Both the position numbers and the translations under genes were made by a program. Positions 60,556 to 64,000 of a DNA stretch of 64,000 nt are shown here, one piece after another (position 1 is the stretch's first letter; the number at the start of each line of letters is the position of its first letter). The stretch covers positions 448,001-512,000 of the forward strand of contig CAVTHS010000008.1 in NCBI GenBank assembly GCA_963734535.1. Direction: 5' to 3'. The notes beneath the pieces are model-generated. The model was given only the letters and a program-made list of their open reading frames with translations, was not told the origin of the DNA and ran no database searches. Source of the stretch: an uncultured Chloroflexia bacterium. GTDB taxonomy: Bacteria; Chloroflexota; Limnocylindria; Limnocylindrales; CSP1-4.

Positions 60556-62111
60556 GCGGCGACCCGCCCCTTCACGAGCTCGTACGTCAGCCCGTGCTTG
60601 CGAGCGATCGCCTCCGCATACGCAAGGCCGTCGGCGGGCCGGCGTTCGAGCTTGAACGTCCGCCGACCAGGATCGGCGGGGTCCACCGCGGCAACGAGGC
60701 TTACGGTGGTGGCCGTCAGGGACGCGAGCTCGTCGAGGAAGGTGACGACGACCGCGAGCAGGTCGAGCCGGACGGCCGCGCCGAGGATCGCCTCGTTGAG
60801 GAAGAGCGCGTCGCTCACCGTCGTCGAGCTGAAGCTCTCGTTCATCACCAGGAGGGTCCGCGGCGTTGCCGCACCGAGGATCCGGCGGATCCGCTGCAGA
60901 TCATCCTCGAGCTTGCCGGCCAGGTTCCCCAGGTCTTCCGAGCGCTCGAAGTGCGTGTGGATCGCATCGACGAGGAAGACCCGTGCCTCCGTGCCGGGCA
61001 CGGGGCAGCCGAGCCGGGCGAGGTGATGGAGCTGGCCGACCGCCCGCGCGAATGTCGTCTTGCCGCCCTGGTTCGGGCCGGTGACGACGACGATCCGATC
61101 TGTCCCCGCGAGATCGAGGTCGTTCGTGATGATGGCGCGGCCGGGGACCGCGAGCTTCGCGGCGAGTGCGAGGTCGAACACCTCGCGCACGCACGTCGCC
61201 TTCGAGTCGGCCGACACCTCCGGATAGCAGAACTCGAGCCCGTGGGGCCGGAGGTCGTCGATCCGCTCGCGGTACGCAAGGTAGAACTGGATCTCGCGGT
61301 CGAACCCAGCCAGGGTCGGGTCCATGAAGCCGCCGTGGTCGGCGGCGAACGCGATCAGTGCCGCGAAGGCGTCGGGATGCATCCGGGCGACGCCCTCGAG
61401 CACGGCTGCCTCCACGTGATCGAGGGCTCCCTTCGACGGCATCGAGAACTCGGGTGGCGCCACATCGGCTGCCCGGAAGCGCGCGAACGTGGCGCGCAGC
61501 TCCACGCCGTAGTCGGGCTCGGCCTCGTAGGAGCTGACGACGACCCGGCGTCCGGAGATCCGGAGCCGAACGTCGAGCGCGTCCAGCGCGGCGAGGACAC
61601 GTCGGGCATCCGAGCCGAGCGTCGCGAAGGCATCCGAACCAACGTAGCCCCGCAGATGGTCGGCGATCTGCCTGAGGCCGCGCGAGCGCGGGCCGGCCGC
61701 GTCGAGCGTGTCGGCGAGGGCGACGATCGTCGGGACGTAGACCCGCACGGCCTCCAGGAGCCAGCGCTCCCGTTCGTATCGATGGCGGCTGGCTGACGAA
61801 CGCGCCATCCTGCCGCGGACGAGCCGCATCGCGTCCGCGAACGACCGGAGCGAGGCCGTCAATTCGCTGGACTCGAGGTCCCGGAAGACCTCGTGCCGAA
61901 AGGCGACCGCTTCGACATCAGGACACGGCGCGAAGAAGAACCCCCGCAGGTCGTACTCGTCGCGCCGCCACGTGAGCCACGATGCGATCTCGTCGAGGTG
62001 GAGATCAACGACGAAGTCGCCGGACTGGGCCGCCGGCCAGCGGTCGGGAGCGCGGTCGAAGAGGACGCTCACGGCGCCCGGACCTGCCGCCGGGCGTGGA
62101 TCCTCGGTCAT
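60552..62111 (-). CDS. MutS-related ATPase (MutS4-like partner)
   Basis: VTGPNQGGKTT, GCPVP, THFERSED, GKLEDDL, MNESFSSTT, AYAEAIARKHGL. Confidence 0.88.
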   Translation of the reverse strand: MTEDPRPAAGPGAVSVLFDRAPDRWPAAQSGDFVVDLHLDEIASWLTWRRDEYDLRGFFFAPCPDVEAVAFRHEVFRDLESSELTASLRSFADAMRLVRGRMARSSASRHRYERERWLLEAVRVYVPTIVALADTLDAAGPRSRGLRQIADHLRGYVGSDAFATLGSDARRVLAALDALDVRLRISGRRVVVSSYEAEPDYGVELRATFARFRAADVAPPEFSMPSKGALDHVEAAVLEGVARMHPDAFAALIAFAADHGGFMDPTLAGFDREIQFYLAYRERIDDLRPHGLEFCYPEVSADSKATCVREVFDLALAAKLAVPGRAIITNDLDLAGTDRIVVVTGPNQGGKTTFARAVGQLHHLARLGCPVPGTEARVFLVDAIHTHFERSEDLGNLAGKLEDDLQRIRRILGAATPRTLLVMNESFSSTTVSDALFLNEAILGAAVRLDLLAVVVTFLDELASLTATTVSLVAAVDPADPGRRTFKLERRPADGLAYAEAIARKHGLTYELVKGRVAA

Positions 62112-62246
62112 GGCTCGTTCTCACCTGCGACCAGCCGGTCGGTCCCGCGACCGGAGGGTCAACGCTGCGCTCGACTCGGCGCGATCGGAGGTGGTGCTCC
62201 CGACCCTCTTGCTCCCGGATACACGAATGGCTCCTGGAACTGGGTC

Positions 62247-62293
62247 CAGAAGCCATCACCCGCGAACGGGATACGGCGCGAGCTTCATCGCGC
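62247..62293 (-). ncRNA. Fluoride (crcB) riboswitch upstream of the MutS-like pair
   Basis: GCGCGA-UGAAGC-UCGCGC (P1), CCCG-UUCG-CGGG (P2), UGAUGGCUUCU; pseudoknot GAAGC/GCUUC. Confidence 0.8.
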
Positions 62294-62309
62294 GATCGGT
62301 TGTCACCCA

Positions 62310-62338
62310 AGCATGGGCCCAAGCGTGAAGCCCGTCAA
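62310..62338 (-). promoter_or_regulatory. sigma70-type promoter (leftward)
   Basis: TTGACG-17bp-CATGCT just upstream of the riboswitch. Confidence 0.7.
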
Positions 62339-62361
62339 ACAACCGTCTTGCGGGCCGCGCG

Positions 62362-62390
62362 TTGACGGTCGGGCAGGGAGGTCCTACGCT
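62362..62390 (+). promoter_or_regulatory. sigma70-type promoter (rightward)
   Basis: TTGACG-17bp-TACGCT, 8 nt before the riboswitch. Confidence 0.75.
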
Positions 62391-62398
62391 CGCGCCAC

Positions 62399-62462
62399 GG
62401 CGATGGTGTCCGCCGAGACGCTGGTGCGTCTGAACCGCCCGGTATGGGCTGATGGCCCCTCG
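62399..62462 (+). ncRNA. Fluoride (crcB) riboswitch upstream of the PPase-like fusion gene
   Basis: GGCGAUGGUGUCCGCC, an extra hairpin AGACGC/GCGUCU, then AACC-GCCC...GGGC-UGAUGGCCCCU. One pseudoknot mismatch. Confidence 0.8.
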
Positions 62463-62509
62463 ACTGCATCGGCAGACGTGGGGCTTCTTCTTGCCCCGGA
62501 CGGAGGCAC

Positions 62510-63889
62510 ATGACGGCCGACGCCGCGACCCTCGGGCCAGACTCGGGGCATGCTCCGGCACGGCTCCGTATCGAGGTCGTCGAGGCGCTCGGCCCGGGCC
62601 TCGAGCTCGCACACGACCAACGCACGGGTGGCCTCGTTGCTGCGCGCGCCCGGTCCGGCGGCCTGTGGCTCGGGTTCGATCGCGGGGCCCTGGTGGACTC
62701 CGACGACGGGTCCGGCCGCTCAGTGCCCGTCATCGTCGCGGTTCCCGGCTCGACATGGCCAGGCTGCCAGGTCGACGCGGAGATCGTGGGCGCCCTGGCG
62801 GCTGGCGGTCGGACGATCCTCGTCGCGAGGATCAGTGGAGTCCCCGAACCGCTGCCGGCGGTCGCACGCGTCGTCGCCCAGGTGCCCGAAGGGGCGTGGC
62901 TCGACGCGGCAACGGCAGCCGGGATCGCAGCCGCTGCCCGTCGCGAACACCGGCGGCGCCAGGCGATGGACCGGATCGTCGGTGGCCGGGCGTGGGAGGC
63001 GTCGGGGGCAACGCCCGAGGCCGCCCGCTTCACGACCCCGCACTCGCTCGCCGAGTACTCCCTCGGACGGCTACCGCCGCGGTTCCTCCGTGGCCTTCGG
63101 GATCTGCTCGACCCAGGCGAGCGGATCCTCTACTCGATCGAGCGCCCCGGGATCACCGCTACGGGCTTCATCGGGCAGGTCCCACGGCAGGACCGGCGGA
63201 GCGCACTCCTGGTCCTGACCGATCGCCAGGTCGCCTGGCTCGTCGACCACGCGGACCCTGACCGCTACCTCTCGGACTGGGGCATCGATGCCGAGACGAT
63301 CCCGATCGAGCTCGTGACCGCCGCCCGCGTGGTCGAGTCGGGTCGCTGGTGTCGACTCGTCATTGCCACCGACCGTGGCCAGACCGAGGCGCGGCTTCCG
63401 GCCGAGCTCTCATCCGAAGTGGGGGTCGCCGCCCAGCTGATCGAGCGGTTCATCCCGGCCGCGGACGTGCGCCTCCCGCGCCGGCGGTACGTCGTCGAGC
63501 GCCGCAACATCGACTGGTCTCGGCTCGATGCGTTCAGCGGGGGAACGGACGTCCGTTCGCTGACGAGGCAGCTCGATGCCGATGCGGTCGCATGGCTCCT
63601 CGGCCCAGCGCGCCAGGGCCACCCTCGCGCCGAGGCGTGCGCGCTCACCCCCGACTCGATCGCCTTCATCTCCGGTCGCCGCCGTCACGATGTTCCGCTC
63701 GGTGCTGTCCATGCCTTCCGGATCGCCCTCTCGCCTCTCGTCGGGAGGTTCGAGGTCGTCGGGTCGCGGGTGCTGGGCGCGATGACGTTCCCGGCGCCGT
63801 TCGGCGACCTTGCGGGTACGTTCGTCCGCTCGGCGGGCCGCCTGACCGCCACCGTGCCGGGCGTGAGGCACCAGCCATCGCCGACCTGA
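62510..63889 (+). CDS. Hypothetical protein: degenerate family-I pyrophosphatase-like N-domain plus putative PH-like domains
   Basis: GGAGG SD. N-terminal spacing mirrors PPase (IEVVE...AHDQRTGGL...DDGSGRSVPVIV...WPGCQVDAEIVGAL). 'LLDPGERIL...LLVLTDRQV...IPIELVTAA' is bPH-like. Confidence 0.65.
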   Translation: MTADAATLGPDSGHAPARLRIEVVEALGPGLELAHDQRTGGLVAARARSGGLWLGFDRGALVDSDDGSGRSVPVIVAVPGSTWPGCQVDAEIVGALAAGGRTILVARISGVPEPLPAVARVVAQVPEGAWLDAATAAGIAAAARREHRRRQAMDRIVGGRAWEASGATPEAARFTTPHSLAEYSLGRLPPRFLRGLRDLLDPGERILYSIERPGITATGFIGQVPRQDRRSALLVLTDRQVAWLVDHADPDRYLSDWGIDAETIPIELVTAARVVESGRWCRLVIATDRGQTEARLPAELSSEVGVAAQLIERFIPAADVRLPRRRYVVERRNIDWSRLDAFSGGTDVRSLTRQLDADAVAWLLGPARQGHPRAEACALTPDSIAFISGRRRHDVPLGAVHAFRIALSPLVGRFEVVGSRVLGAMTFPAPFGDLAGTFVRSAGRLTATVPGVRHQPSPT

Positions 63890-64000
63890 GCCGATGTGCC
63901 TGGCGGCCATCGAATGCGCCGGGGTGGGCGGAGCGCGGCCGTCACGACGCTATCGGCTCTTGACGGGCGTGCGGCTGATCAACGACTGTCCGACGAGCAG

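Overview
High-GC bacterial DNA, probably Chloroflexota (Limnocylindria-like) or another soil high-GC lineage; this is inferred from gene content only. (1) 1-12.56 kb looks like one end of a genomic island that cuts a tRNA-Gly(TCC) gene just after its anticodon loop. It carries an AbiEii-like nucleotidyltransferase fragment, toxin-less tandem Phd/YefM-domain genes, a ComP/ComA-like two-component pair, and three cassettes. Each cassette starts with the same duplicated promoter and a beta/gamma-crystallin (I36-like) leader gene, followed by a different secreted protein (unknown beta protein, C39-like peptidase, S1 protease) and a different membrane or lipoprotein partner. (2) 12.8-37 kb is mostly core genes: GNATs, VOC, glycogen genes glgA/glgP/two GH57, GntR, DUF885, proline racemase family, lysA-like, yitJ-like, LysM and DrrAB; many carry single-base frameshifts that are probably assembly errors. 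(3) 38-48 kb is a beta-1,2-glucan utilisation operon. (4) 48-58 kb holds small regulators and hypotheticals, including DegV with an apparent ATC start. (5) 58.5-63.9 kb has two back-to-back fluoride riboswitches with divergent promoters, one leading to a tandem MutS-like ATPase pair and the other to a degenerate pyrophosphatase-fold fusion protein. All family calls come from motif recognition by eye; no searches were run.
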